From contig JAIVFI010000022.1 in the NCBI GenBank assembly GCA_025558095.1, positions 642,475 through 706,474 of the forward strand: 64,000 nt of DNA, written 5' to 3'. The notes under the pieces are model-generated. The model saw only the letters and a list, made by a program, of their open reading frames with translations, was not told the origin of the DNA and searched no databases. Made by a program: the position numbers and the translations under genes. The first letter of the stretch is position 1. Every line of letters begins with the position of its first letter. The DNA is from Hyaloraphidium curvatum SAG 235-1 (taxonomy: Eukaryota > Fungi > Monoblepharomycota). Positions 11,702-23,337 of the stretch are shown here, piece by piece.

Positions 11702-12658
11702 ATGGTCTCGCAACACCAGATTTTCACCTTCCGCCACGCCGCGCCCCCGCCGCCGCCGCCGCACGCCAACGTGCCGCCCTCCCTCCCCCGGCTCCTGTGC
11801 TCGCTCTCCGCCCTGGGCGCCGTGGTCTCGGCCACCGACGCCGAGATTGCCAGGCTTTCCGCGGCCCGCACCGCGCTGGCGGGCTTCGCGGCGCACGCGG
11901 AGGCGCGGGCCAGGGCCGGCGCGGGCGAGGTCGAGCTGCGCGACCTGGCGGTGCGGGCCGAGGGGCTCGTGGCGGGGGGGTGGGGACTGCCGCCTCCTGC
12001 AGCCCAGCAGGCACCCGTGCCCATGCCGGTGCGGGTGCAGTTCCATGCAGTGGCGCCTGCGGCCGACCAGAACTCGGGGCAGGACACGGAAGTGCAGGCT
12101 GCGCAGCAAAACGCCGAAGCTGGAGGCGCTGATCTGGCACACAACCCGTCGGACGCTCCCGCTGCGGCATCCTCCGAGGTTTCGCTTGCATCCACCTTCC
12201 CCCACGAAGCCCCTGCTACACCGTCGACCTCATCGGACGTCGCACCCGACCTCCCGACGCTCCACACGCCCCGGCGCCACCGCGCCAAGCCCCGCACCCC
12301 CGTGCACCCCACACCCTCGCCCTCCCCTCCCCCGGCCAAGCACCCCCGCCCCTCCTCCTCCAAGCTCCGTCCCCTCCGCGAGCACCACTCCGGCTGCGCG
12401 ACCTGCGGCACCCGCCGCACGCCCGAGTGGCGCCAGATCGGCGGCCGGGTGTACTGCAACGCGTGCGGCCTCCGCGTGGGCAGGAAGATGCGCGCCGAGG
12501 CGGGCAAGAAGGATGAGAGGGGGGCGAGGGGGAGGGAGATGCGCGCGGTGAGGATGGGGAGCATCCCGCCGCTGCCGGCGCCCGAGAGGCGAAAGCCCGA
12601 GGGGAGGCTGCTGGAGCTGAGCAACGTCGCCGAGTGGGTCGCGGAGCACAGGGTGTGA
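11702..12658 (+). CDS. GATA-type zinc finger protein
   Basis: CATCGTRRTPEWRQIGGRVYCNACGLR (C-x2-C-x16-C-x2-C); N-terminal coiled-coil-like segment. Confidence 0.85.
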   Translation: MVSQHQIFTFRHAAPPPPPPHANVPPSLPRLLCSLSALGAVVSATDAEIARLSAARTALAGFAAHAEARARAGAGEVELRDLAVRAEGLVAGGWGLPPPAAQQAPVPMPVRVQFHAVAPAADQNSGQDTEVQAAQQNAEAGGADLAHNPSDAPAAASSEVSLASTFPHEAPATPSTSSDVAPDLPTLHTPRRHRAKPRTPVHPTPSPSPPPAKHPRPSSSKLRPLREHHSGCATCGTRRTPEWRQIGGRVYCNACGLRVGRKMRAEAGKKDERGARGREMRAVRMGSIPPLPAPERRKPEGRLLELSNVAEWVAEHRV

Positions 12659-12946
12659 GCGGGACGGATTCGGAAGCTCGGAGGGCGCGGCAGGTGCGCA
12701 CGATCGCGGGCGCGGACGTGCGCACGGGGACCGGCATCTTGACGACTTGACTTCTTTGATGGCGCATGGCGCCTCGGATTTGCTAGAAGAACGAAGCCGA
12801 GAGAGATCGGTAGATGCGAGGGGCTGTAGATGCGCGGGAAGTGGGCAAGCAGACGTGTAGCGGCGATCTTGGGCGTCTTTCAGATAGATCGGAGCGGGTA
12901 ACGTACAACTCCACACAGGTTACCATCCAACGACTGTACAAGCACC

Positions 12947-15259
12947 TCATTCGTCTTCGTCGCCCTCACCGCTCTCCACGGGGTCGACGGGCTTCGCGGG
13001 CTTCGGCCGCGGCTTCCGCATCGGGCCCCCTACTGGTCCCACACCAAACAGATCCGGATATGCGCCGTTCGTCGAGCCGTTCTCGCCGTCGTCCTCGCCA
13101 CCCTCGCCGTCGCCGCCCTCGCCGTCGCCGCCCTCGCCGTCGCCGCCCTCGTCGTCCCCACCCTGGCCTCCTTCCCCGACTCCGTCTTCGGAGTCGGCTC
13201 CGTCCATCGTCACCGTTTTGCCCATCTTGGTCACGTCCTGGTTGATGCCGTTGGCCTTGAAGAACTTGTTGGCCTCCGCGATCGCCCTGGCGGCCCTAGG
13301 ATCGGCGGCCATGAGGGGCAGATCGGACCCGGGCCCGTCCTCGAACCCCTTGTTCCCCTTGGGGTTCAGATCGAGCGATTCGGCGACCTGGTCGAGGTCC
13401 TCGTCGCCCTGCGTACGCGTCGCCACGTTCTCGACCCCGACGTCGTACGTCTTGGCCGCCAGCTGGGGGCGCACGCCGAGGGACCCGACGGCCTTGTTGT
13501 CGTCGTTCATGGCCTTCACCCCCAACGCAATGAGCTCGGCGAGGTCGACACCGGCGCTCGCGAAGAAGGGGTGGGCCAGGACCTCGCCCGCGTCCTGCAG
13601 CCTGGATACAGTTCAGCGCAAGGCTCGCGAGTCCGTGGCCATCGCGGGACAGACCTGGTCCTGGGGTTCTTGTCCAGCAGCTTCCCGATCAGGTCCTTCA
13701 GGAGCGGCCGGACCGCGGCGTCGGTCACGCTGGTGTCCAGCGCGCTGAGGTCGATGTCCGCGGTCAAGTCTACTTTGAGCTGCATGATGCCGGAGATGGG
13801 GTACGGTCCGATTGACCGGGCGGTGCCCATGCCCGTGTAGAGGCTGTCAGGCGCCAAAGTCGCCGGTTCCGTCGAGGTGCGGGGGACAGGCGTCAGTCAG
13901 CGCGTGGGCGGCCACACCGCTAATCCACCCACTCCCAGAGCGTCATTCCCATCGCCCAATAGTCCATAGGCTTGCTGTAGCCATTTGCCTTGAGCGCCCC
14001 AAGCTGCGCATCGATCCCCTTGAGCGCCTTTTTGATCATTGGCTTGGCCTCGGCCTCCATCTGGTCGTAGTCGGCGTTTTTGAAGTTATAGCTCTTGCAC
14101 TTGCGTTGTTCCGTGATCCCCTTGTTTCTGCAGAAGTTGAAAACGATCACACTTGCAATCATGTCCACCACGTTCCTGCGGAGATCGTTGATCTCCATCT
14201 GGGGCAGCACCTTGAGTCAGCGGCCCGCCGGCGATCTCGGAGCGCGGAGCCACCCACAAACAACAACGATTCGGGGGACCTGTAAAGCAGATTACCGAAG
14301 ACATTGGTGGGCCTTTTGCCCGCCTTGTTCTTGGACGGCATGGCAACGACCCCTTGCAACCTCCCTTTGGCTTTGGCCGAGTCAATCCGGTTCAGCGTAT
14401 CCCGGTAGATCTTCTCCTTCGAGTTCTGGATTGCGGTGCCAAAGTCAGCCAGGCGAAGGACTTTGTCCTCCCCTATGAGGAACTGGCCCGGCTTGAGGTC
14501 CCGGTGGAGGTAGCCCTTGCGGTGCAGGTGCGGGGTCAGCGCCCGCGCTCCGTTGGGTCGGAGCGAGCCCACCTTCCAGTGCATCACCGCGACCCCGAGG
14601 AACATCTGCGCCAGCATCTTCCGGGTCTCCTTCGCCGTGTCGAGCGGGCCCTTCTTCGCGCGGTCCTCCAGAGTCCCGGTTGCCTTGGCCAGAAAGATGG
14701 CGACGTTGAAATCCACTGTCCCGTCGGCATTTGCCGTCTGGCTCGAAGTGCCACCGAGGAAGCGGACGATGAAGGGGTTCCCGTTGAGCTTCTTGTTGAC
14801 GGCGAGCTCGTTCTGCGAATCCTCGAACCGATCGCTGGCAGCCTTGAAGTCATCGCTGCGCCGCGCGACGTGGGGCCAGATAAACTCCTTGATCACAACC
14901 TCGACGTCCTTGGCCTTTCCGCCCATGGGCACGGCGAGATGGACGGGGTTCCTCCCGTCGGAGCCAGTCGAAAGTATTCTCTTCTTGTCCCATTTCGACA
15001 CGTCGACGAGGTCTGCCGGCCGTCAGCGCCCGCCCGCGCACGGCGCGGGCTGGGGCAGCTCACCGCTCCGCAGCACGTTGATCTTGTTCTTGGGCAGCAC
15101 CCTGACCTTCTTGAGCGCGGCTTCGACGCTGCCTTTCGGGCCGGTGTTCTTGTTCCCGTTCCTCTTCCGCGTCGCGCCCGCGGGCGCCGCGGCGAGCAGG
15201 AGCAGCAGGATGACCGCCGCGGCGAGGGCGGCGCGCCCGAGGGCGCCGATGCGGGTCAT
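12947..15259 (-). CDS. Signal-peptide-bearing protein kinase-like protein, multi-exon
   Basis: Hydrophobic N-terminus MTRIGALGRAALAAAVILLLLLAAAPAGA; LSTGSDG, VVIKE, HRDLKPGQ, LADFG, GNLLYRSPE, DYWAMG, EVLAHPF; acidic DGEGG-repeat tail. Confidence 0.8.
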
Positions 15260-15742
15260 TGCCGCGCGATTCGCGTGCGATGGCCGATGGCCGGCGCGGC
15301 GCGTCCACGGGTCCTGCGCTAGAATTTTAGAGCGGGCACAGGGTCATCGGCCATCCCAAACGCAAACGGCAATCGGGCCGTCAAATCCACTCTGCCATCG
15401 CAGTCTGGCGATTCAGAGCTCCGGATTGGGTTAGGGGGTGCGGTCACATGTGCGGCGACGCGGAGCCGACCACGCCGCTGCCTCGATCGTCAACCCCCCA
15501 CTCCCCGAAGATTGCTGGCCATCAACGTCGTGCAGAAAAGGAAACTATGAGTACTTCGAATTGCGAACTTCCTCAAACAAGCCAGAAATCTCCATCCATC
15601 CACCGAAACTATCGTAATTTACAAACTTCACTTCGCACTTCACTTGTCCATTCACCAAACTTGAAAGCTACGTTGGCCGCAGCCCGATCCTAGTGCACCA
15701 GATGTCAGCGCCCGCAAACGTCCGCAGTGGATGCGCACCGAC

Positions 15743-16758
15743 CTAGAAGAACGTCGCGGCGAAGAAAACGACCGCGGCCGCCGCGGCGCACGACGCCCTG
15801 TTGGCGGCCCCCGCCCCAAGGTTCTCCCTCAGGCACTGCTGAAGGCCGCCACCGTTGTATCCGGAGTCGCAGCGGCAGTTGCCCGTCGCCGTGTTGCAGG
15901 TGCCGTGGCCGTTGCAGGTCACCCCGGTGCACAGGTTGGTGGTGGAGCTCTGGGAAAGGCACTCTTGAGCGCCACCGCCGTTGTACCCGGAGTCGCAGTT
16001 GCAGTTGCCGGTAGCCGAGTTGCAGGTGCCATGGCCGTTGCAGGTAACACCGGCGCACAGGTTGTTGTTGTTGGTGCTGGGCCCCCCCTCGTACAGGCAC
16101 TCCTGGGCGCCACCGCCGTTGTATCCAGCGTCGCAGCTGCAGCCACCTCCGATGCAGGTGCCGTGGCCGCTGCAGGTTACCCCGGCGCACGCGTTGTTGA
16201 CGGGCGGGGGCGAGCTGCCCTGCCTGCACCCGGTGGGCGTGCACGTGTATCCCGCATTGCAGTACTCTCCCGAGCTGCCTGTAAATGCCCGGGAAGGGTT
16301 CAGCAGATGCGGTGGTGCGTCCGGAAAAGGCTTCAGGACCCACCGCAGCAGACCCCGTTCGTCGGCATGCACCCGTCCGCGCCGCACGTCTTGGGCGTAG
16401 CGTTGGGGCAGCATCCCCCCGACACGCAAGTGGTCCCGCTTTGGCAGCACTTTACCGAGTCGCAGGGGTAGTACCCGGTGGAGCAGACCCCGGCGCGCTC
16501 CGCGTGCCCGGGACTAGATGCGGCAAAAGGGAGGATCTTGTCCGTGGCAGAGAGGTCGGCGTCGCCGTCGGCGCGGCCGAAGAGGCGGCGTTCGAGGGCG
16601 ATAGCACGGGTGGCGTTGATAACGTGGGTTTGGCTGAAAGGGATCTCGACGGGCAGATCGCGGGTGACGAGGGTGTCGGCAGACACGGGCGCGAGCAGGG
16701 CGGCGAGCACGGCGAGGGCGAGGAAGGCGACAATCTGCGAAGTGGCGGCGGAGAGCAT
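15743..16758 (-). CDS. Secreted, probably GPI-anchored cysteine-rich protein with three EGF-like repeats
   Basis: Signal peptide; CC-rich module; three C(A/T)GVTC(S/N)GHGTC...CxCDxGYNGGG.Q.CL repeats; hydrophobic C-terminus GAGAANRASCAAAAAVVFFAATFF. Confidence 0.8.
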
Positions 16759-16933
16759 GGTGTCGGCCTGGTGCTGCTGTGCAGGCGGGACGAGCGGACC
16801 CGGAAGCGGGGGAGGAGCGCGGGGCGTCAGAACATAGATCCGCGCGCGGGACACCGTCGACGCACTCACGTGGACGCAAAGGCAGATGGCGTTGCGGAGG
16901 AGTTCTTGCTATCGGCCCTGACGAACCGGTGCC

Positions 16934-17038
16934 TGACTGACTGACTTTCCGGGATTGACTGACTTTCGCGAGTGACGGCCGTCCCGTGACTGACTGACTT
17001 TTCCGTGATTGACTGATTTTTCGTGACTGACTGATTTC
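16934..17038. repeat. Cluster of five TGA(C/T)TGACTGA(C/T)TTT-like units
   Basis: Visible directly, upstream of the EGF gene. Confidence 0.7.
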
Positions 17039-17757
17039 CTGGACGTCCCTTGTCGCGATCAATGGGCCGTAATGCGCGGGATGGGATGCCAAAGTGTGCT
17101 GCGCGAAGGGGAAGGTGGCCGCCGCGGTCGGGCCAATTCGGCGGACCGTCATCACCTTGCACGTGACAACGACAGCCGCCGATCGGTCGATTATCGGAGC
17201 GCTGTGGGTGAGCTGCGCGTTCCGCGATCGGATGGCATGCCTCCCGGGCGCGGGCTGGGCGCCGTAGAGCGTGTGGGCGGCGGGAAGCGGCAGAACCTGG
17301 GCCGCTCGCGAGGTCGGCCGTCTTTGCGTGCTCGGCGGCCGCACCAGAGTAGTGGCCGGGAGAATCAAGATAGGGAGTTTTTCATTCTCGGGCTATCTGG
17401 ATACAAGGAGCTTCTGACGCAGATACGGAAAGCACAAGCAGCCTTGATCAGAGACATCGAGAGGAATACGTTTGAGCCGAGAGGCAACGTCGCGCCGCTG
17501 CGACCGGGTCCCCGGATCCGGTGTGCCGCGAGGGCTACCGCTCGCCCCCTGGCTAAAGTCCGACGGCGACGTTGGACGATGTGTTTGCTGTACTGAATGT
17601 TCGGCTCAATGGGATGCGTGGGAAGATCGTGAAATGCGTGACGCCTCGGTCCCACCAAGAAACGCGTCGCGGACCTGCAACGAAACGGACCTCCGCCCTC
17701 CCGCCGACCACGACCAGTAGCCACCTTCGCAATCCGAACTTATGCGTTCCGCCGATC

Positions 17758-18933
17758 ATGTCGTGGAGCGGCTTCGACGAGGCGGGCTTCGTGGCCGAGG
17801 TCGAGCGCCAGCTCAGCGCGGTGTGCGCGGCGGCGGACGAGCTCAAGGCCATAGCCCGCTCCGGACCCAAGCTGCCGTTCCCGTGACTCCCGGAAGAGGA
17901 CGCCTATCGGCCATGCGACACCTTGTACACGTGTACGGCGGAAGCCGGTCTCCTGCTCCGCATTCTGGTGGTCGACATGGCCCCGTCGGCAATACAGCTG
18001 CCGGAAGGGAACACAACGGACCGATCGTTGATTTCCCGCTTCTTTCGAGGGAGCTCCAAGTCGCCCAGGGGGCAGCCGCCGCCTGACGTTGCCCAACGGG
18101 TGTTCGGGCGCCTGTTTCAGAGCGTGGTATCCCTCGCCCGCCGTTGCATGGAAAACTACCTGAGTTCGGAGCTGCGATACGCGTGGAGATTCCCTACGGT
18201 GGAAGATCTGGCCAACAGGGGGAAGTGGCCCGACCTGGCGCAGAGATTCGACGTCTGGCGCTTCCAGACCCTGACGTGGTCGCCGTTGGTCGCCGCCCAG
18301 TCGTCGATGGGGACGATCTTACAATCGAAGAACCTTCGTCATCGGCTTGCCGAGGACACGGACTTGGCCCGCTGCTGCGCCTCCAACAGGTCATTGATCG
18401 GGCTGCTGGTCATTGATCGGTGGGAGGAGAACGCACACAAGGAGGATCTCGAACGCGCCCTTCAGGAAACACCGAGCACCATTGACATGATGCTGAACCT
18501 GATTCTGGAGCGCCGGAGCTTTTGGACCCGCTGGTGCGCGGCTCCGACCAGTGCCGACGGCGGCCAATCGGCTGTTATTTTGGCGGTGGACACGGCCATT
18601 TTAGTGCTCAGCATGATCCCGAAAACGCGAATCAAGGAGGTGGAGGTTCCTTTCGGCGACCTGGGGCGTGCGGTGGCTTCCCTCGTGTAGGTGGTCAGGC
18701 CTGGGACGCTCAAGGCGGACCTGGACAGCATCATCGAATGCCACAGCAGCAAGACGACCATCACGGAGCCCGTCCATTGCTGCAATCGCTGCGGGAAGCC
18801 GCGGGGGGAGGTCAAGCTCGGCCGCTGCGCGTGCTGCGGGATCGTGAGGTACTGCGGGGCCGAGTGCCAGCGCGGGGCGTGGAAGGAGCACAAGAAGCAC
18901 TGCATCCCGCGGAGCTCGGCTTCTGGAAAGTGA
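17758..18933 (+). CDS. MYND zinc finger protein; in-frame TGA at 17884 suggests a pseudogene or a later start
   Basis: CNRCGKPRGEVKLGRCACCGIVRYCGAECQRGAWKEHKKHC; the TAG at 18688-18690 can be an intron acceptor. Confidence 0.7.
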
Positions 18934-19062
18934 TCGCGTGGTGGAGCTTTACCGATCCGACGTACCTGAGGCACCCCGTTGTTGCGCCGGGGCAGCCAGA
19001 ACTGGATTTTCGATCCGCCGAGACCCGGAACCGCTCCGCAACCCACCGTCTGCGGACCCGCG

Positions 19063-19911
19063 ATGCTCGCTGCGGCGGTCGCCGCCGGCCGCCGGAACCC
19101 GGGCGTGGCGTCCCTCGTCGTCGCGGCGCTCGCCTTCCTCCTCCTGCTCTCCCTGCCCACCGAGTGCCGCCCCGCCGCGGGCCTCCGGGGCCAGGCCGAG
19201 CCGGGCGCGCACATCGCCGCGGGCTTCCAGAATGTCTACAGGAACGCGCTGTGGGGCCCCGTGGACCAGGAGGAGACGGGCCGCGGCTCGGGCGCGGGCT
19301 CCTCGTCCGCCTTCACCGTGGCGGTGCGCGCGTACATCGAGGAGCTCGTCCGCAGGAAGCGGATCCGGACCATCGCCGACGTGCCGTGCGGCTCGGCAAA
19401 CTGGTGGCCGCCGCTGCTTGCCGCGCTGCGGGCGCGGAACCCGTGCCTGGCCTATTCGGGGTTCGACGTCGTCGACACGGTCATCGAGGACAACCGGAAG
19501 CGGTACGGGCCGGACCCGCTCACCCGCTTCGAGGTCGCGGACGTGTCGACGGCCCCGCTCCCGCGGGCGGACCTCGTGGTGACCCGCGACGCGCTGCAGC
19601 ACCTCCCGCTGGCCGACGCCGTCGCGACCCTCCAGAACATCGCGGAATCCCGCCCGAAGTTCCTGCTCGTCGGCTCGTACGCCAACATGACCGATGGGAA
19701 CAAGGTCGTCGCCGCGGGGGGATACTACAACATCGAGCTGCTCAGGCCCCCGTTCAGCATGCCGCCGCCGGCCGAGACGGTGCAGGAGTGCTGCGACGAG
19801 AAGGGGAGCTTCCCGACCAAGCAGATGTACCTGTACACGGGGAAGCAGCTGGCGGGGATCGACTGGGCAGCGATGAAGCGGAGGGCGGCCGCGTTCGGGC
19901 CGCGCGGGTAG
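19063..19911 (+). CDS. Class I SAM-dependent methyltransferase with N-terminal signal/anchor
   Basis: FQNVYRNALWG..SGAGS, IADVPCGSANW, YSGFDVV, ADLVVTRDALQHLP. Confidence 0.85.
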   Translation: MLAAAVAAGRRNPGVASLVVAALAFLLLLSLPTECRPAAGLRGQAEPGAHIAAGFQNVYRNALWGPVDQEETGRGSGAGSSSAFTVAVRAYIEELVRRKRIRTIADVPCGSANWWPPLLAALRARNPCLAYSGFDVVDTVIEDNRKRYGPDPLTRFEVADVSTAPLPRADLVVTRDALQHLPLADAVATLQNIAESRPKFLLVGSYANMTDGNKVVAAGGYYNIELLRPPFSMPPPAETVQECCDEKGSFPTKQMYLYTGKQLAGIDWAAMKRRAAAFGPRG

Positions 19912-20862
19912 GCCGGGAGGCGGGCCAAGTGGAATGATGTGAGCTTTGGCAGTGCGGGAATACCCAGAGCGCGGCCCACGTTTTTCTTGAATGGTATTCG
20001 CGGCAGGAGGACAGGACAGGTGGGAATGGCCTTGAACTAGTCAGAGCGTGGGCGATCTGCCGGGGAACGGATTTGCGTGAGGCAGGAACCGGAGGATCTT
20101 CTTTGGTTCCGCCGTTGTCCAGCACACGACAGCCCTCGGCGCACCTGGCGGACCAGTGGGGCGGGATGAATATGTGGGTCTGCACCAGGCCGGGACAGGA
20201 CGGAACGGAGCGGGAGGCCGTGGTGCTGATCCGCGCCGCGGGTCCGTCCGAAAATGAGGGAACCTGAATACTTCCGCAGCGGCCCATGGCGTAAGGGCAC
20301 GCAGAATGGAGCTGGAGAAAAGGATGCGGATCGGTCCGTCGCGGCTTCTGCCTCCGAGCGGGACGGGGAGGCAGGAGCAAGTCCACTCTTGCGTCCCATG
20401 CCACCGGCTCTAATAGGCCGGCGGAACTCAATATGGTGCCGCTGTCGATCCTTGAGGCCAGCGGGGTGCGCAATGCCGGTGAACGACGACGGCAGAGTGA
20501 AGCACGTGAAGGACGTGCGGTGCGGGGTGCCCAAGACCCGAGTTCAGTGAAACGAGGAACGCCCTGCCATTTCGTACCGAGTCTGCTGGCATCGGAGAGC
20601 CTGAGATCTGTGCGGATCTCCACGTTCCGCGGTCCTGGGGCCGGAGATCGGCTGCGGCGGGGGACGGGGGATGACCCATGGATCCAAGTTTCCGAATCCG
20701 GGCCCCAAAATCCCGGAATCCATCCCTCTGCCCTCGCATCCACCCGGCCGCGTTGTTTTCGCACAAAGATCCGGGGAATTGTTTGTGCCCGGGCCCGTGG
20801 TCCGATCGGTCGATTGGTTTGCGCGGGCGCGCGGGCCGGCTCCCGCCACCTCTTTTCCCCCC

Positions 20863-21798
20863 ATGCTGGCGTCCACCCGCCCCGCCACGCCCGCCGGCAC
20901 CCGCGCAGAGAACGATCCGCTGGCGACGCCCGCCCTTGCCCGCGTGCTCTCGGCGCTGTCCTCGCTCAAGGCGCAGATCCGCCGTGCCGACGAGGACATT
21001 GCCGACCTCCGCGACCGCCGCGCCCGCATGGCCAGCTTCGTCCGCGGCGCCGAGGCGCGCCTCGACTCCGTCGCGTCGACCGCCGAGCTCGACGAGCTGC
21101 TCAAGGCCGCCAAGGAGGCCGTCGACACGGGCGGCCGGTCCGCCGCCGTCCCCCCCGCCGCCGCGCCCGCCGACCCCGACGCGCACCCGACCACGCCGCC
21201 GCGCTCCGCTGAGAGCCCCGGCCCCAGCCCCGCCTCGCCGCTGCCCGAGCACCCGCCGGCGCCGCTGGCCCGCGTGCCCAGGCCGATGAAGGACCACCGC
21301 GAGGGCTGCGCCGCATGCGGCGTCACGCGCAGCCCGGAGTGGAGGTCGATCGTCGAGGAGGACGGCAGCAAGAAGGTCTACTGCAACGCGTGCGGGCTGC
21401 GCATCTCGCGGCGGAAGCGGGCGAGCATGAACCCCGAGGAGAAGGCCGAGAAGAAGAAGCGCAAGAAGGGCGAGGCGTCCGGGGGAAAGGCCGCGGGGGG
21501 CCAGGTGCCCGTGGTGCACGTGCGCCTCGAGGGCTCGCAGGAGGCGGGGTACTACGGCAACGGCGGGGGATACTACGACAACGGGCAGTACGCAGAGTAT
21601 CCGGCCGGGCACGAGTACGCGCAGGGCGAGTACCAGGGCACCCCGGGCGAGTACCACGGGGACTACGCGCAGGGCGAGTACGCGCAGGGGGAGCACGACG
21701 GCACGCCGCAGGCGCTCGACAGGCTCGCCGAGGCCGCGCTGGAGGAGGAGGAGGAGACGGTGAGCGTCGAGGGCGGGTACGCGCACATCGGGGCGTGA
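20863..21798 (+). CDS. GATA-type zinc finger protein (paralogue of 11702-12658)
   Basis: CAACGVTRSPEWRSIVEEDGSKKVYCNACGLR (x21 loop); basic NLS-like KKKRKK; EYAQG repeats. Confidence 0.85.
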   Translation: MLASTRPATPAGTRAENDPLATPALARVLSALSSLKAQIRRADEDIADLRDRRARMASFVRGAEARLDSVASTAELDELLKAAKEAVDTGGRSAAVPPAAAPADPDAHPTTPPRSAESPGPSPASPLPEHPPAPLARVPRPMKDHREGCAACGVTRSPEWRSIVEEDGSKKVYCNACGLRISRRKRASMNPEEKAEKKKRKKGEASGGKAAGGQVPVVHVRLEGSQEAGYYGNGGGYYDNGQYAEYPAGHEYAQGEYQGTPGEYHGDYAQGEYAQGEHDGTPQALDRLAEAALEEEEETVSVEGGYAHIGA

Positions 21799-22399
21799 GA
21801 CCGCCGCGGGCGACGCCGGTGCGGACGGATCTGCCGCGCAAAGCGCAGGATCTGGCCGCCTTGGACCCCGGCCGCCCTCGGCACACCTCTCCGGGAACTC
21901 TCCCCCTCCTTTCCCTCCCTCCTTCGCTTTCGACCCCTCTTCCCTCCTTCGGACGCTTCCCAACCTCATCTTTGGACCCTCCCACCTCCCCCCCACCCCC
22001 CCTTTCCTCCCCACACCCATCTATCGGACATTGTGACATTGCGCTCCACCGGCACCCCTCTCCCGCTTTTTTTCGGACCGCGAACCCCGAATCCGCAAGG
22101 ACTTGGAGCGATGGATTGGCAGAAACGGCACGGACGGACGATCGGCATCGATTTGTAGGGTAATGAATCCGGATTGTTGGTTTCCCGCAGGAGTTGCCCC
22201 CGTCGCTCTCCGCCGGTTACGTCCGGCGGGACTCTGACGGCATCCCCAAGTCTGCTGCCGTGGCATCTGCTCATCTGCTCCCGATCTTGCCTGGCCGCGC
22301 CCTTCTTCCCCTTTCTCGGCCGATCGCCGCAACAACGCCTGTGGCTGTGCAAAGACTCCGAGTGCCCGTCCGCGGTCCACGATGCCCCCCGCGCCCACG

Positions 22400-22960
22400 C
22401 CAGACCCTTCCTCGCCGGCGTCGTCGCCACGCACCCGCCCGCCGTGCTCCGCAGCTTCTTCGGCGCGGGGCTCGAGGCGCGGTCCGCAATCCCGGGGTAC
22501 CGCGCGCTCCCTTAAGAAGAATGGCCCGACGCGTTCCTGCCCTCCGTGCTCGAAGGCAAGGACGACACCGCGGTGCTCGACGTCGGGTGCCGCAAAGGGC
22601 AGCCTGCTGCGGCGGCTCGTCGCCCCGCTGCTGGCCGGGAAGGAGGCGCGGCTCGTCGGCGTCAATCCGTCGGGGGGGCTGGTCCCCATGGCGGGGGAGC
22701 TGGCGGCCGCCGAGGGGCTGGCGATGGAGTTCAAGGCGGGTACGGCGGAAGATGCGGGTGTGCACGACGCGGATGCGGTCCTGTGCGTGACCGTCACCTT
22801 GGTGCGTTGGACGGCCGTTGAGATCAGGCGGGGGAGCCGGGACTGACCTTGCTCCCGCTGCGGGACAGCACGTTGCAGATCCGGCGGCTCTGGTCGAATC
22901 GCTGTTCCGCTGTGTCAAGCCCGGCGGCGTCGTCGCGCTGTTTGACCAGTCCGTTCCCGC
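22400..22960 (+). pseudogene. Degraded class I SAM methyltransferase
   Basis: AVLDVGCRKG/SLLRRL, LVGVNPS, GTAED, QHVADPAALVESLFRCVKPGGVVAL spread over three frames, with a stop at 22513-22515. Confidence 0.65.
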
Positions 22961-23337
22961 CCCGACCGACCCTCCCTCCTCCACTCCTGACCAAGCCTCC
23001 CGCACGCTCCACGCAGGGACTTCACCACCCTCACGGTCCACCTCGCCCCATCCCTCCTCCCGGCCTTTTCCGCCGTCCACGGCGCAAACTGGCGCCTCCG
23101 CCTGACCACCGGCGACGCCGGTCGGCGGCTTTTCCCCCTCCTCGCATCGTCCACTTTTGCTGTTCCCGGGTCGGCACAAGCGACCTCGAACTCAAACTGG
23201 TATCCGGGCGTGTGCCCGTCCTTTCGGGGGGCGGCGGCCGATGCGCGGACCGCGAGAAGCAAGGCCCCTTCCGGATCGAGAGGAAGCAAGATGTGATTCA
23301 CTGGTACCGTCGGATCGAGTGCCAACATCAACAGCAT

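Noticed and set aside
17340-17500. Short lower-GC coding-like stretch
   Set aside because: No start, domain or context to support it
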